Assembly (NCBI RefSeq): GCF_009914755.1
Contig: NC_060932.1
Length of the DNA stretch: 64,000 nucleotides
Strand: one strand, 5' to 3'
Origin: the human T2T-CHM13v2.0 reference genome, Homo sapiens
The position numbers were made by a program, and so were the translations under genes. Every line of letters begins with the position of its first letter. Within the stretch, counting starts at the first letter, position 1. This document shows positions 26,357 through 40,350 of the stretch, piece after piece. The notes below the pieces were generated by a model that searched no databases, was not told where the DNA came from, and saw only the letters and a program-made list of their open reading frames with translations.

Positions 26357-26934
26357 CGTGAAAAGTAAAGTAGAGGTCCTTCTTCAAAGACTTTCCTCCC
26401 CATCTAATTAGGAATAAATAGTAACTTCTCTTAGAAGCAAACTTTATTCAAAGACCTATGCTAACACTCTTAAATATCTGCCAGCCATAATAAAGAAATC
26501 AATGTATTTTATGTTCTTAGCTCACACAACTTAGCCCTGGCATGCTTATACTGGTCCAAGCAAGCATTAGGTCAAAGCCTGTTCTTCTTCCTTATTTGAA
26601 GGTCTTTTTACCTTTCTCACCATTCCACAAGTTACTTCCTCCTTCCTTTGTTCTCCTCTGCCTTTGCCTCTTTTCAAAAGTTCTAAGTTGCTAGCCAATC
26701 GGGACAAATACAGAATCTGAGGTCCCGTTCCAGCCAAAGGAAACGGGACACAGCAGTAGGGTGGCCGCGTCAGGTTATAAATGACCCTGTCTCCTTTGTT
26801 CGGTGTACTGTCATGGCAAAACTGCTGGCAAGTGTACCCTTTCTGCAGAAAGGAAAAAAATGGCCTTGTGAGGAAATTAAATTTATGTTCAAGTGCTATT
26901 TCTTTACGGCACCAGGGAACAAGAATTTCTAACA
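26357..26934 (+). mobile_element. Solo LTR, LTR10C-like (ERV1/HERVI)
   Basis: Matches recalled LTR10C (aagtaaagtagagg...aaagactttcctcccc...atttctaaca); TSD TGTA at 26353-26356 and 26935-26938. Confidence 0.8.
26538..26782 (+). promoter_or_regulatory. LTR10C U3 promoter motifs: p53-like half-sites, CCAAT and TATA
   Basis: TGGCATGCTT-ATACTGGTCC-AAGCAAGCAT (26538-26567), agccaatc at about 26693, ttataaat at about 26775; activity unknown. Confidence 0.5.
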
Positions 26935-29900
26935 TGTACAAGGGTCAAGATTTCTTATAAATTTGCACTTAAAACAAAATAAAGTAATAGATATCTGAAT
27001 AGTTAACTTACATTTTAGTCTAGTTTTAAAACCTAACAAATGTCACAGAAAAATAATTTACAATGGTTCAATTGTTGCTAGGATTCTTAAAAACCTAAAA
27101 TACATCAGCAAAAACGCCCTGTGGAATATCATCTTATTTAAAGGTGTTAACTAGCGATAGTGCTAATTTCCACAGGGAAAATCTTAACTGCGGTATGATC
27201 GCTGAGATAAAGTTTTAAAAATGTGACATCTTTCTTTACATATATCATTAAAGCCTAGGCCGATATTGCAGGGTAACCATAGATAATTTCAGCTAAACAT
27301 CGTCTGCATCTTTTAAAGCAACTTCCCCTCATATCCATTTAGGAAGACACTAAATAAATGAGGTTCGGAGAATGATAATACATTTTGTTAGTTTCTCAGA
27401 ACGCTCTGCATTTTGAATTGTTAATAAATGGTATTGTGAAATTTTCAAATAAAATATTTAAGAACTAGAAGTCAGCAGAAAAGGGCCACTCTCTCTCCCT
27501 CCCTCATTTCTCAGGCTTCTATTTGAATGTCACATTCATTCTTTTACCCATTCTGGGTATTGTGGAAAAAAAAATCTTTCAATCCATGGCTTTTAAACCT
27601 CCTGACAATTCATCAGATTGGAGCATTTTTAAAAGGCATAAAAGCTCATACTTTCTCCAATTTCATTGAATTACAGTAAATTTGTTTAACAAACTTCTTG
27701 TGGAGGGAGGTCAGGCAGCAGTCAGTGCCATGAATTGCCTCAAATCATTGCGCCAAGAGTTAGAGAAAGAGAAAAGTGCCTCAGGATGTCTTTTCACCTT
27801 CTATAGTTCTAAAAAACAAACAAACAAACAACAAAAGGACTATAGTTTAGAAGAAGGACAGCATTACAAGGCTTTAATCTCAATCCACACCAGAGGAAAC
27901 AAGGTGAGCAAGGAGCACCTAAGACCCCACTAAGGAATATTAAGTGGGCAATGGGACTTCCTATTCAAGCAGAGGACTGGGCTATCTTTAAGGCAGAGTT
28001 GCAAAGGGAGAAGTGATTTTGGTTGTCAGAGATTGTAGGAAAAGAAACAGAAAAAAAAAAAAAGATCACAGAACCCAATTGTAGCTGTAGAATCTAAAAA
28101 GGACTTTTTAAAAAATTAAAATAGTATTGATTTAGATGTAGAAATGGGGGAAAGGAGAAAACAATAATTTTGTGACTTCAGTTCTAATTTCATCAGAGAG
28201 TAGGATTCAATATAAACATATCTATTGGAATGACACACATCCAGAATAACATTCTTGAAAGTAGATGATTTTATGGCTTATATATTGAGGACAGTGCTGG
28301 AATGAAACTCAGATATTCCTAACTGTAGACACTGTTTCATCGATACTTTGGTCCCATATCATGTTACTGAAAAGGGTCAAACTTAAGAGCAGGAAAATCG
28401 ACGAAAGTAATAGTTGGTTGAGAATTCTCAAGAAGTTTTGTTGCTCAGTTAAACATGTGCTCATGGTCTTTAAACTTTCCCCATTTATTCTGCGACTAGA
28501 GGAATGAATATAGGCACTTGGGTGTTTTGCTATGCCTGCAACATATGCCATCTGCATTGACATTTCTCATGGTATTTCACTCTCATAACCCAGCCTCACC
28601 AGGGTAATAAGACCTTGATATGTAGGACCTTGATGCTAAGTCTAGGGAAAGCAGCAGATGTTAGCCTTATTAAATCAATCAAGCCCCACAATTAAAGTTC
28701 AATGCATTGCAGTCTAATTAGTACTGTGGCTAGTTAAAAATCCACAAACAGTATCATATTTCACCAAACATTTATATTGACATTTTGCATGTTATTAGGG
28801 AATTCTCAAAAAGCCGGTCCAATAAACTCATAAGATCGTAATTCATTGTGGTGGACTCTAATGTTAATTGATTAGAAAAAATAGTGTAATGTGATAAACC
28901 ACTAATAACCATAAAGGTTAATGAAGCTGAGTTTTCATTTCAATTGGAGATAAAAAGTTACTAATATATTTCTCTTTTTTATGCTATTGTTATTAGATTT
29001 CACTATTTTGTAAAGTTAAATGTTTTTGAATTTTCTATTCCAATAGCAACACACTTCTATTTAGTAAAGTAACTAAATCTTTTTTAAAAGTGTATGTGAA
29101 TTTTTAAATTTTTTGCTTTCTAATATCCTGAAAAACTTTTTAAATGTTTAACATTATAGAACAAGTGAAATGTATGATAAAAAAAAAAACTGCTTGTGGC
29201 AAATTATCTCATTAAAAAAAACAAAAGAAACAACATTATTTTCCTCTTTATATATCTGGTTTATATATTTTGATTTTTACCAATGTAATACATTTATCTA
29301 AAGTCCACCTCCGTGGTAATACCTAGTGAATCTCCATTTTTTCCAAAACAATTTCTTGTTAAGTAGAAAAGGAGAAGAAACAAGATTTAGAGTACGTGTT
29401 AAATTGACTAATCTAAAATATTTTGCTTTATTCACTTTAAAATATATTTATTTGTTAACTGAAGCTTTCATTTAATTACTTGAACCATTAAGCTGTTTTT
29501 GGCGACATTTCAGTTTAGTACTAACTGAAATAAATAAATGAGTCTATCAGGACTTGTATGTATGACAGATAAAACATAGACTAAGCATTTCCCGCCTACA
29601 TCTTCACTCCCACCCACTCAACCCCTTTCAGCCATGGTCTTCTTTAACAGAGAAGACCACAGTCTGCAGGCCTTTGAGAAGAAAGAGATGAGAGTCCTGG
29701 CAAAACAGGATACATTGAGAAAATATAGGAGTGTGTAGAACTGTTAAGATTTGCTTCTGGTAAGATACTGTTAGTCTCTATATTGAAGAGATTTCAGAAA
29801 AACAGTTATTATTTTACAAAATGTTTCGCATGCAATTTGTGCTCCTTTTGTATGCAAAATTACGTTCAAAAATCCTAAAGGAGAAATGAGGTGAGATTTA

Positions 29901-30717
29901 TTTAGGTTTTATATATTTTCCTGCTATATTTATTTTTATAATTCAGATCTTGCACTTAAAACCAATTAGTCCAACATGGACATATTGCTGTGCTCTGAAC
30001 TATTTTTTTCACATTTAACAAAGCTTTATTTACTTTCTCTAGGCCACCTAGTAAATATGGGTGAAAAATGCGATGAAAAACCAGCCAGGGACCTAGGCAG
30101 GGACCACACACTCGGGCTAGTGAAGTGGCAAACCCATGGCAAATATTCGCCTAAGGCCTGAATCCACAAAGAGTAGGAAGCCACTCTGCTCTACACTGAG
30201 TATCAGTGACACCATGGCCACTATTTCTTTTCTAAGGAATGTTTTTGAAAACTAAAATTAAATGATTACCCACTTCACAAAAAAGATGAGCTCATATTTT
30301 ACAGAAATAACTGAATAGAATCTCGGCTAAACCATGATCTTAATTTCATTACACTCCTACCTAATCAATGATGAAAACTGATGAACTTGCTCAGAATAAT
30401 CATTCCGCTGTTCTTCATCAATTTAATCTGAACCAAAGTGCCTACTATGTATAAATGAAAATTTCAAAAATAGTTAACACGTACAAAAAGAGGAGAAAAA
30501 TACATATTTAGTCTTGCACTGATTTTTTCATCTTGTATTCATTGAAATCAGTAATGAACACTGGTAGTAACTGTTAAAAATTGTTCTCATAATTTTCAAA
30601 GTAAACGAATGTCTTTTTTTCTGAAGTATTTTTAATAACTGAAGGAAAGGTAATGAGGCCAGACCTAAACAAGTGCTGCCTTTATCACTAACTAAGGGTT
30701 AAACAATTGGTATATTT

Positions 30718-31018
<301 letters not shown>

Positions 31019-31510
31019 AAACAATTGGTATATCTGTTTGAGTTTTCCAAGAAGAACATTATAAGTACGGGAGTAGAGGGCATATAAAAGTAATATTTAC
31101 AAAAAACTAACCAGGCACCCAGATCTAAACTCTGTAATACACATAATCAAGTGCATGGAGTATCTGAACTCCAAAGCTAGTCTCGTTTCTTTTGCATTGC
31201 ACTGGCTTCATAACTACAATATGCTTACATCTAATACTTAAAACAACATGCCTTCTCACACATTTTCTCTGTATGTCAGAAGTAAGATTTTTGAGACGCA
31301 AGAATATGGCAACGACTCGTCTCCAAGAAAGTTCTTACTAATAACAAAGCTCCAACAGAACAAATGGAAATCGTTCTTAAAATGTAGAAGAACAGAATCA
31401 TTATATGAAAGAATTTTCATAGACACTGTATTTGATACACTCCATATCAGCATGAAACACTTATATATATTAGTGATACTTGGTTGTTTCACTTAAGAAA
31501 TTGTCATACA

Positions 31511-33821
31511 CAGGCATACCTAATCTCTTTGGACTTTGCTCTATTGCATTTTGCAAATAACTGGGTTTTTGAAAAATTGAAGTTTCCTGGCAACCCGACA
31601 TTAAACAGGTCTATTGGTGTCATTATTCCAATTGCATCTACTCGTTTTTGGTGTCTGTGCCACATTTTGGTAACTTTCATAATAACCCAGGCTTCTAGGT
31701 ATATGATTGTAGTTGCTATGGTGATCTGTCATCAGTAATTTTTGTTGTAACTATTGTAATTGTTTGGGGGCCCCATATGTGTCCATATAAGTGGTAAAAT
31801 TAGTCAATAAATGTGTGTGTTCTGACTGCTCCACTGACTGGCCTGGTCACTCCCACATCTCTCTACCTCCTTCATTGGGCCTCGCTATTCCGTGAGACAC
31901 AGCAATAATCAAATTAGGCCAATTAATAAGCCTACAGTGGCCTTTATGTGCTCAAGTGAAAGGAAGAGTCACATGTCTCTATCACTTTAAATCAAAAGCT
32001 AGAAATCATTGGCCTTAGTGAGAAAAGTATACTTAAAGATGAGACAGGCTGAAAACTAAGCCTCCTGCACTAAACAGTGAGCCAAGCTGTGAATGCAAAG
32101 GAAAAGTTCTTGAAATATAGTAAAAGTGCTATTTCAGTGAATGCAAATGATAAGAAAGGAAAACAGCCTTATTGCTGATATGGAGAAAGTTTAGAGTGTC
32201 CTGGGTAAAAGACCAAAGCAGCTGCAAAATTTTCTTAAGCCAAAGCCTAACTCTCTGAAGGTAGAGAGAAGTAAGGAAGCTGCAGAAGATAAATTTGAAG
32301 ATACCAGATGTCAGTTCATAGGGTTTAAGAAAAAAAAAAAAAGCCATCTGCGTAACATAAAAGGGCAAGGTAAAGCAGCAAGTGATGATGGAAAGCTACA
32401 GCAAGTTATCCAGAAGATCTAGCTAAGATCAGTGACGAAGGTGGCTACACTAAAAGGCAGATATTGAGTGTAAACAAAGCAGCCTTGTATTAGAAGAAGA
32501 TACCATCTAGGATTTTCATAGCTAGAGAAAAGAAGTCAATGACTAGCTTTAAAGCTTCAGAAGACAGGCTGACTCTCTTCTTAGGGGCTAATGCAACTCA
32601 GGATTTTAAGTTAAAGCCAGTGCTCATCTACCATTACAAAAATCCCAGGATCCTTAAGAATTCTGCTAAATCAACTATGCTCCATCAATGGAACAACAAA
32701 GCCGGGATGATAGCACATCTCTTTATAGCATGGTTTACTGAATATTTTAAGGCCACTGTTGAGACCTACTGCTCAGAAAAAGATTCCTTTCTAAATATTG
32801 CTGCTCTTTAACAATGTACCTGGTCACACAAGAGCTCTGACAGAGATCTACTAGGAGATTAATGTTTTCATGCTTGTTAACACAACATCCATTCTGCAGC
32901 CCACGAAACACGAAAAACTTTTGACTTTCAATTATTGTTATTTAAGAAATATGTTTCATAAGGCTATTGCTGCATGGAGAGTGAGTCCATTGATGGATCT
33001 AGCTAGACAAGGTAAAACAAAACCCTTTGGAAAGAATTCCCCATTCCAATGATATTAAGAATGTTTGTGATTCATGGGAAGAGGTCAAAATACCAGCACG
33101 AACAGGAGTTTAAAAGAAGTTGATTTCAATCCTCGTGAATGACTTTGTTGGGTTAAAGGTTTCAGTGGAGGAAGTAACTTCAGACATGCTGAAAACAGCA
33201 AGAGAAACAGAATTAGAAGTAGAACTGAATTGCTGCACTGTCATAAGATCTTAATGGATGAGGAGCTGCTTCTTATGCATGAGCAAAGAAAGTGGTTTCT
33301 TTAGATGAAATCTACTCCTGGTGAAGATGCTATGAACATTGCTGAAATGACAACAAAAGATTGTGATTATTTCATAAACTCAATTAATAAAGCAGCAGCA
33401 GGGTTAGAGAAGACTGACTGAATTTTGAAAGAATTTCTCCTGTAGGTATAATGCTTCTTAACCAGCAACACATGCTATATAGAAATATTTCATTAAAGGA
33501 GGAATCAACTGATGTGGTAAACTTTACTGTTGTCTTATTTTAAGAAATTGCAAGTCACCTCAATTCTCAGCAACTACCACCCTGATCACTGATCATCCAT
33601 CAACATTGACGAAAGACCTTCCACCAGCAAAAAGATGATGAGTCATTGAAGGTTTAGATGATTGTACATGTTTTTAAAAACATAATACTATTGCACACTC
33701 AACAGAATGCAGTGTCATGTAAATATAACTTTAATATGCACTGGGGAACCCACAATATCATGTCACTTGCTTTCTTGCAGTCATCTGAAGCCAAACTTGC
33801 AATATCTCTGAAGTACGGCTG
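31511..33821 (+). mobile_element. Tigger1 DNA transposon, near full length, decayed
   Basis: TIRs caggcatacc ... aagtacggctg; about 2.3 kb, colinear with recalled Tigger1. Confidence 0.92.
31937..33420 (+). pseudogene. Tigger1 pogo-family transposase remnant (start codon now GTG, stops and frameshifts)
   Basis: [34 protein letters not shown]...WNNKAGM...WFTEYFK and NTTSILQP in the ORF track. Confidence 0.85.
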
Positions 33822-33936
33822 CATGTCAATAACTACAGACATCTTATCAGACATTATAGTTTCCACATTAGTACACCAGGTAAGATATTACTGATTAAGA
33901 TGTAATATATTTTTCTGTCATGAGAGCCTCACATAG

Positions 33937-34054
33937 AATGTTACTTGAATTACTGCTTACACAGGAAATTTTATGATTTAAAGTTTATAATTAAATTCAA
34001 ATATTACTCAAATTACTGCATACACAAGAAACTTTATGATTTAAAGAGTTATAA
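33937..34054. repeat. Tandem duplication, period about 63 bp
   Basis: ttacttgaattactgcttacacaggaaattttatgatttaaag vs ttactcaaattactgcatacacaagaaactttatgatttaaag. Confidence 0.88.
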
Positions 34055-35389
34055 AACTTTATTAAACCTCAGTTCTAATGTTTAGTTACATACTAACTTA
34101 CGGTGACCATATTAAGTTATATCACATGAATTTCAAAATAACTAACTATAAAACCCAGCATCTAACATAAAATAAAAATGCTTTCCTAATTGACTTCCAA
34201 CAATATTCTGGGGATTACACAAGATCGTGTAGTAGAAATTTTGAAAGTGTGAAGCATATAAAATGTTAGATGTAAATAAATATTTTATTAATTTCTGGTA
34301 ATTGTGTCAATAAAAGTTGGGCATTGACATTGCCTGTCATTTTTGGGTAACATCCAGTCACTGATGAAGCCATGTGTAAAATGCTTTACTGTTTAAAAAA
34401 AATTAAATCTACAGAGCACAAGGGAAAAAACTGCATGCTGGAGTTCCTTAAATAATTTGTGTTTTGGAAGAAAAAAGCATATAATACAACATAAAGTAAT
34501 AGAGTCAAAACTGAATATGCTGAATGCAATCGGTGGTAGGCTAGTTTTGATTTGGGCTTCAAAAGAATAGTAGAGCTTAATGTCTTTGTGCAGTGGATCT
34601 GTGGTGGGGATAAGTAAATTGAGTACAGAGGATGGGGAGAAGGTTTCCTCGGCAACAATGGACAGACTCTGTTGGGGGATGATTTGAGAGGACCGATGCT
34701 ACCAATGCATCTCTTTTTTTCAGCCATTTCTTGGAAATCACGGTGTAGACCCCGAATAAGGGCTAGGCTGCCCCAGCAGGTCACTGCAAGTCTCTTTGAA
34801 GTCTGCTTCTGTTAATTACTTTGAATGGCAGGAGTTGACTCTACAACAATTATAGACCCAAACATAAGTTGTTTTCCTCATCTCAGCAATCTATGTCAAG
34901 TGCCTTTGTTGTTAATGTGACACGTCAGATGAATCCAAACATTTTCTTCAGTAAAATATTTAGCTAACATATCTTTATTTTGGACAAAGTAAACCTTTTC
35001 AGAAGGCAAGTGAATCATTAAGTGTGACAACTGTATATCTATATGCTCAATACTCTATCATTCTCAAACACAGTAACATTTTATTAGTTCTTAAAAATAA
35101 TATTCATAGGCAGGGAGTATGAGAGTGTGGAATGGGGTGGGGTAGAATATTACATGTATAGTGAAATGGATTTTTATTCCATCATAGTAATTATTGAGCC
35201 AACAGTCTGACAGAATAAATAAATCTCCTAAGATGCATAAATTGTTGAGAGTTTATTGAATTACAGAAAAACTGTTCTTGCCCTGTGGAGAATAAACCAA
35301 TCTAACATAGTTTCTGAGTGACAGACTGTATAAGAGAACCCAACACAAAAGTAATTCATCACGAATAAACTTTTAAAATCCATGTTTTA

Positions 35390-36163
35390 CATATGAAAAA
35401 AAATGCTCAACATCATTAATTATCAGAGAAATGCAAATTAAAACCGCAATGAGATACCACCTTACTCCTGTAAAAATGGTCCTAATTAAAAAGTCAAGAA
35501 AATATAAATGTTGGCATGGATATGGTGAAAAGGGAACACTTTTACACTACTGGTGTGTGTATAAACTACTACAACTACTATGAAAGACAGTACGGAGATT
35601 CCTTAAAGAACTAAAAGTAGAACTACCATGTGATTCAGCAATCCCAGTAGATTCATTTGGTATCTACTCAAAGGAAAAGACGTCATCATATGAAAAAGGC
35701 ACATGCACAAGCATGTTTATAGCAGCACAATTCACAACTCTAATAACATGGAAGCAATGAAAGTGATCATCAGCCAATTAGCAGATAAAGAAAATGTAGT
35801 ATATATACACCATGGAGTAGTAGTCAGCCACATAAAAAGGAAAAAACAGTGCCTTTTGCAGCAACTTGGATGAACCTGGAGACCATTAGTCTAAGTGCAG
35901 TCACTCAGAAATGGAAAAACAAACGTCATATGTTCTCACTTGTGAGAGCTAAGTTATGAGGATGCGAAGGCATAATAATAATATAATGGACATTGGGTAT
36001 TGGGAGAAGGGTAGGAAGCGGGTGAGGGAATGAAAGACTACATTTTGGGTTCACTGTAAACTTCTCGGATGACAGGTGCACCGAATCTCAGAAATCACCA
36101 CTAAAGAACTTACCCATGTAACCAAAAACCACCTGTACCCCAAAAACTACTGAAATAAAAAAT
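35390..36163 (+). mobile_element. L1PB 3' fragment
   Basis: End of ORF2 plus L1PB 3'UTR; perfect 14-bp TSD aaatccatgtttta (35376 and 36164). Confidence 0.92.
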
Positions 36164-36641
36164 AAATCCATGTTTTAAACAGAAATACTGAAGATGTGTA
36201 GATTTACATATAAAATATAAAAACTTATAAATGCAGATACGCCTTACACATTTTCTTTTATAAAGTAAATAGTACTACTATACAAGTTATTTTAAGCTTG
36301 TCATTGTGTTTCAAACATGAAAGATCTCATGCTTATTATTTTTGAAAAAGTTCTACCACCAAAAAACAGAGAAGTTAATTTTGCCTACAGAAGAAATCAG
36401 ACTCTGAAATATCTATTAATGATAGACATTTTAGGGTGGTGAATTTATATATACACTTAATATTTTTCAAAATTTGTATTTCAGTATGTTAGCAATGGTG
36501 GGGGGAAAACAGTATGTTATTTTGAAAATTATATTGAAAATAATGACAAAAATGTTTATAATATGTATGTTGTAAAGAAGTAAAACATAAGCACCTTTCA
36601 AAATAATTCAGTATATTCAGTAAAATTTAAATTATTTCCTC

Positions 36642-36642
<1 letters not shown>

Positions 36643-36676
<34 letters not shown>

Positions 36677-36678
36677 GT
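36643..36678. repeat. (TG)n microsatellite
   Basis: Seen directly. Confidence 0.95.
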
Positions 36679-37109
36679 ACATAGGTTTCTTTGTGTGGAT
36701 ATAGGTATTCAAGAACAACAACAAAAAAGAACATATACACCACAACACTGCCAATCAATATGTAACCTTAATTTTCTTGTTTGGGTTTCCTAGATGTTCC
36801 CAAATTTCTATAACATACCTACATTGCTTTTTATAATACAAATTTCATACTAGCATTCATTTTTAAAGTAGCTTATTTTTCAAATTGTTTTGTTGTATAC
36901 ACAGTTCTCTTTTTATTAAAATATTATTAAGACTATAACAAATATCTTAAAAACCACAACTTAACCCAAGAAGTTTATTAAAAACTAATCATACGCTTCT
37001 TCCTTATGCCATGTCCCTTCTCCCCCCCGAGATTATGTCTACATTTAAAATATATGTATGTATTTGTCCATATTTTACATATATGTCCAAATTGTCATTT
37101 ACTTTTCTA

Positions 37110-37240
37110 CTGTTTTTATTTTTTGGAGGCATAATAGATGTACATATTTCCATGCTACATGTGATAATTCAATACATTCATATAATCAAATTGGGGTAAT
37201 TATAATATCCATCACCTTAAAATTTATCATTTATGCTAGA
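37110..37240 (-). mobile_element. L1MA extreme 3' end
   Basis: ataatagatgtacatattt...atatccatcaccttaaaatttatcattt. Confidence 0.75.
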
Positions 37241-37975
37241 AAATAAAAATAACTCATATGTATACAGTTAAGAAGAAATAAAAGCACATTTCAAAATAAA
37301 ATATTCAGAATATTCAGTAAAATTTAAATTGTGCTAGAGAACAATTCAAAAGTTCCTAGCAAATGTATTAATTAAACATTTAGCTGAAACCTGACTTGCT
37401 GAATTACAAATTCCCAAAATATTATTTTAACCAGATTCTCTGGAAACATCCTATGCCATTTACAACTTTTCTTCTACATTGTATAATGAATGCTGATAAT
37501 AATTTTCAAGTAATTTTTGATTTCTCAAAAGTTTAAAATTGTAAATATTTCTGTCCATCAGTCTATAAAATTTGATTGATTCCTGAAACACTAAGGTCCT
37601 ATTAAATGCATCCTCAAGGTATCTGAATAAAAGGAGCTTTGATTTAAATGTGCTTAGTTTTAAAGTGCTCTCTCTCCGAGCAGTGGGTTTCCTTGGATAT
37701 TTTACTACCTACACATTTCTATTAATAATAAGCATATGGTAATTCATGAAGATAAGACTTAATGAAAAAAATTAAACTCTTTTTCAACTGCAAGCCCACG
37801 CAGAGTTTGACTAGAATGTAATGAGATTTTTTCCCAGATGTTATTTATTTATTTTTTAACTACAGAGCTAAATCTTGCCTAAAACAGCATGGACACACAC
37901 AATTCTTTGATTCCAATTTTTCCTCTGTTCCCTCATACGCAAGGAAAAATAAAAATATAGCGCAATTCCTTAAAC

Positions 37976-38503
37976 CAAAAGGGTCCCCAACCCTGGCTAT
38001 GGGCCAGTGTCAGTCTGTGCCCTTTTAGGAATTGGGCCATACAGCAGGAGGTGAGCAGTGGGCCAGCTAGCAAATCCTCCTCTGTATTTACAGCCCCTCC
38101 CCATTGCTGGCATTACCACCTGCACTCTCCTCCTGTCAGACCAGCAGTGGCATTAGATTCTTATAGGCGCGCAAACCCTATTGTGAATTGGGTATGCAAG
38201 GGATCTAGGTTTCGAGCTCCTTGTGAGAATCTAATGCCTGATGATCTGTCACGCTGAGATGGGATCGTCACCCCCAGATGGGACCATCTAGTTGCAGGAA
38301 AACAAGGTGTGGGCTCCCACTGATTCTACATTATGGTGACTTCTATTATTTTCATCATATATTACTGTGTAATCTTAATAGAAATAAACTGCACCATAAA
38401 TGTAATGCGCTTGAATCATCCTGAAACCAATCCCTCCTCTTCCAGTGGAAAAATTGTCTTCCAAGAAACTGGTGTCAGGCGCCAAAATGGTAGAGGACGG
38501 CTA
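37976..38503 (+). mobile_element. MER1A hAT-Charlie element
   Basis: About 528 bp; termini (ca..)gggtcccc ... gaggacggct; 8-bp TSD ccttaaac / ccttaacc. Confidence 0.9.
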
Positions 38504-39569
38504 CCTTAACCCAAGCACCTTTTCTCAAAGTGACACTGCTAAGGCAAAGCATTACATTTATGGTACCTGAACCACACCACACCTGGCCCATTTGACTATT
38601 TCTACACAGATGCCTGGATGAGCAATTTACCTTCAGGGACTATAACCCTCAACCCAGGAGGACACCGGTGCATGAGGACTGAAAATGTGCTCAGTTCACC
38701 TTCACAGAGAGATAGATGTAGTTTTTCCTCTAAAGGCGACATTGGTCCGGCCATTCTACTTACTGGTTAGCCTCAGTTTATCTTTAAAAACTGTTTATGA
38801 TTTATAGGTCCTTTTCCCTAATGCCCTTTTAAATTTCTGTGTTCTTAATATAACATACGCTCAAAATACTAATGCATGTGTGAAGTCTGTATTTATTACT
38901 GGTTATTTAAACAGTTACTGGGATAAGAAAAATATTTTGGCAATACCTAACCATAAGGGCAATGATTGAGCTATAGTATCGTCCCACAAATTGATGTGAT
39001 AATGTCATAAAATCAAATGAATACATCATTGTGATACTTTTTTTTGTCTTTTAATTTAAAAAATACTGGCACGACAACACAGTGACTTAGATATATTGTG
39101 ACAGTTTCACCAGTACGTTACTAAGGGGAGGTCTAAATTATTAAGTTTTATTTTGTTACTCAGGAAAATCCTGCTTTTCAGAGAAGATAAATGCAATAAA
39201 ATCTCTCTATTACCCCACATTACCTGGGATTCAACTTCGGAATTTATGTTTGTCATTAAACAAGCTGAATGCATTGTTATCTTATGATAAATAATATAAA
39301 AATGACTCAATTGAGGATGTTTCCTGGTGTTCGATTTTTATCAACTGTTTTGATTTAACCTTTGTACAATCAACATTTTAAATAATTTTAGTTCTATATT
39401 TTATAAAGTGTATGCAAAGCACTTTATCACCCTTGACAACTGCAGAACTAGAAGAGTGAAGTATTCTTGTAGTGAGTGAACTCAATTTTGTTAAAAAAAA
39501 AAAAGTCAGATAGCTAAGTTATATTAGAATGTCTTATAAGTTGTTTTTTTTTCATTAAAAAAAAAAAAA

Positions 39570-40350
39570 ACAGAATTCCAGCAATTGTTTCTGACAAAAA
39601 TGATCAGTCAGTGGGTGCTGAAATTAGTGAACAGAAGTATTATTGAAAATGGAATCTGTACAGAGATTCAAAGAATCTCTCAAAAAATATGTATTATTTA
39701 CAAAAAGAAAAATAGTGACTTTTCATTTGAAATAGCTGGTAAACCCCATGTAACCAAGAGATCAAAGTTACTATCACAATTAATAGGACAAGTCAACAGG
39801 GGTCCCCTGCTATAATGAACTGAAGACACAATGCCAATTCTGGACATTTCTGCCAAAAAAATATGAATCACCTGAATCTAATCACAAAGAAACAGTTAAA
39901 TAAACCCAAATTTAGGGACAGCCTGTAAAATAATTGACCCTTACTCTCCAAAAGTGTAAAGGATATGGAAGGAAAAAATTGCCGTTTCCTATTTAGGGAA
40001 ACGAAAGAGACATGGCAGCTAAATGCAACCTGTGATGCTGAATTAGGTTCTGGGCCAGAAAACACATTGGTGGAATGTTAGGTAAAATTTGAATTAGGTC
40101 TGAAAATTAGGCAATGATATTAAATCAGAGTTAATATATTGACTTTAATAGTTATACTGTGGTTGTGAAAGAACATGTTCTTGTTTTTGCTCTCAACTAT
40201 TTCAAGAAAAATATACAGTGAGAAAGAATAAAGCAAATGTGATAAAATATTAATATTTGGGGAATCTTAGTGAAGGCTACACAGAATTTTTTTACTGTTT
40301 ATGCAACACTTTTGTAAGTCTGAAATGGTTTGAAAATAAAAAGTTAAGAA
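39570..40350 (+). mobile_element. L1ME/MD 3' end
   Basis: gacatggcagctaaatgcaa...gtaaaatttgaat...tttgtaagtctgaaatggtttgaaaataaaaagtt. Confidence 0.75.
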
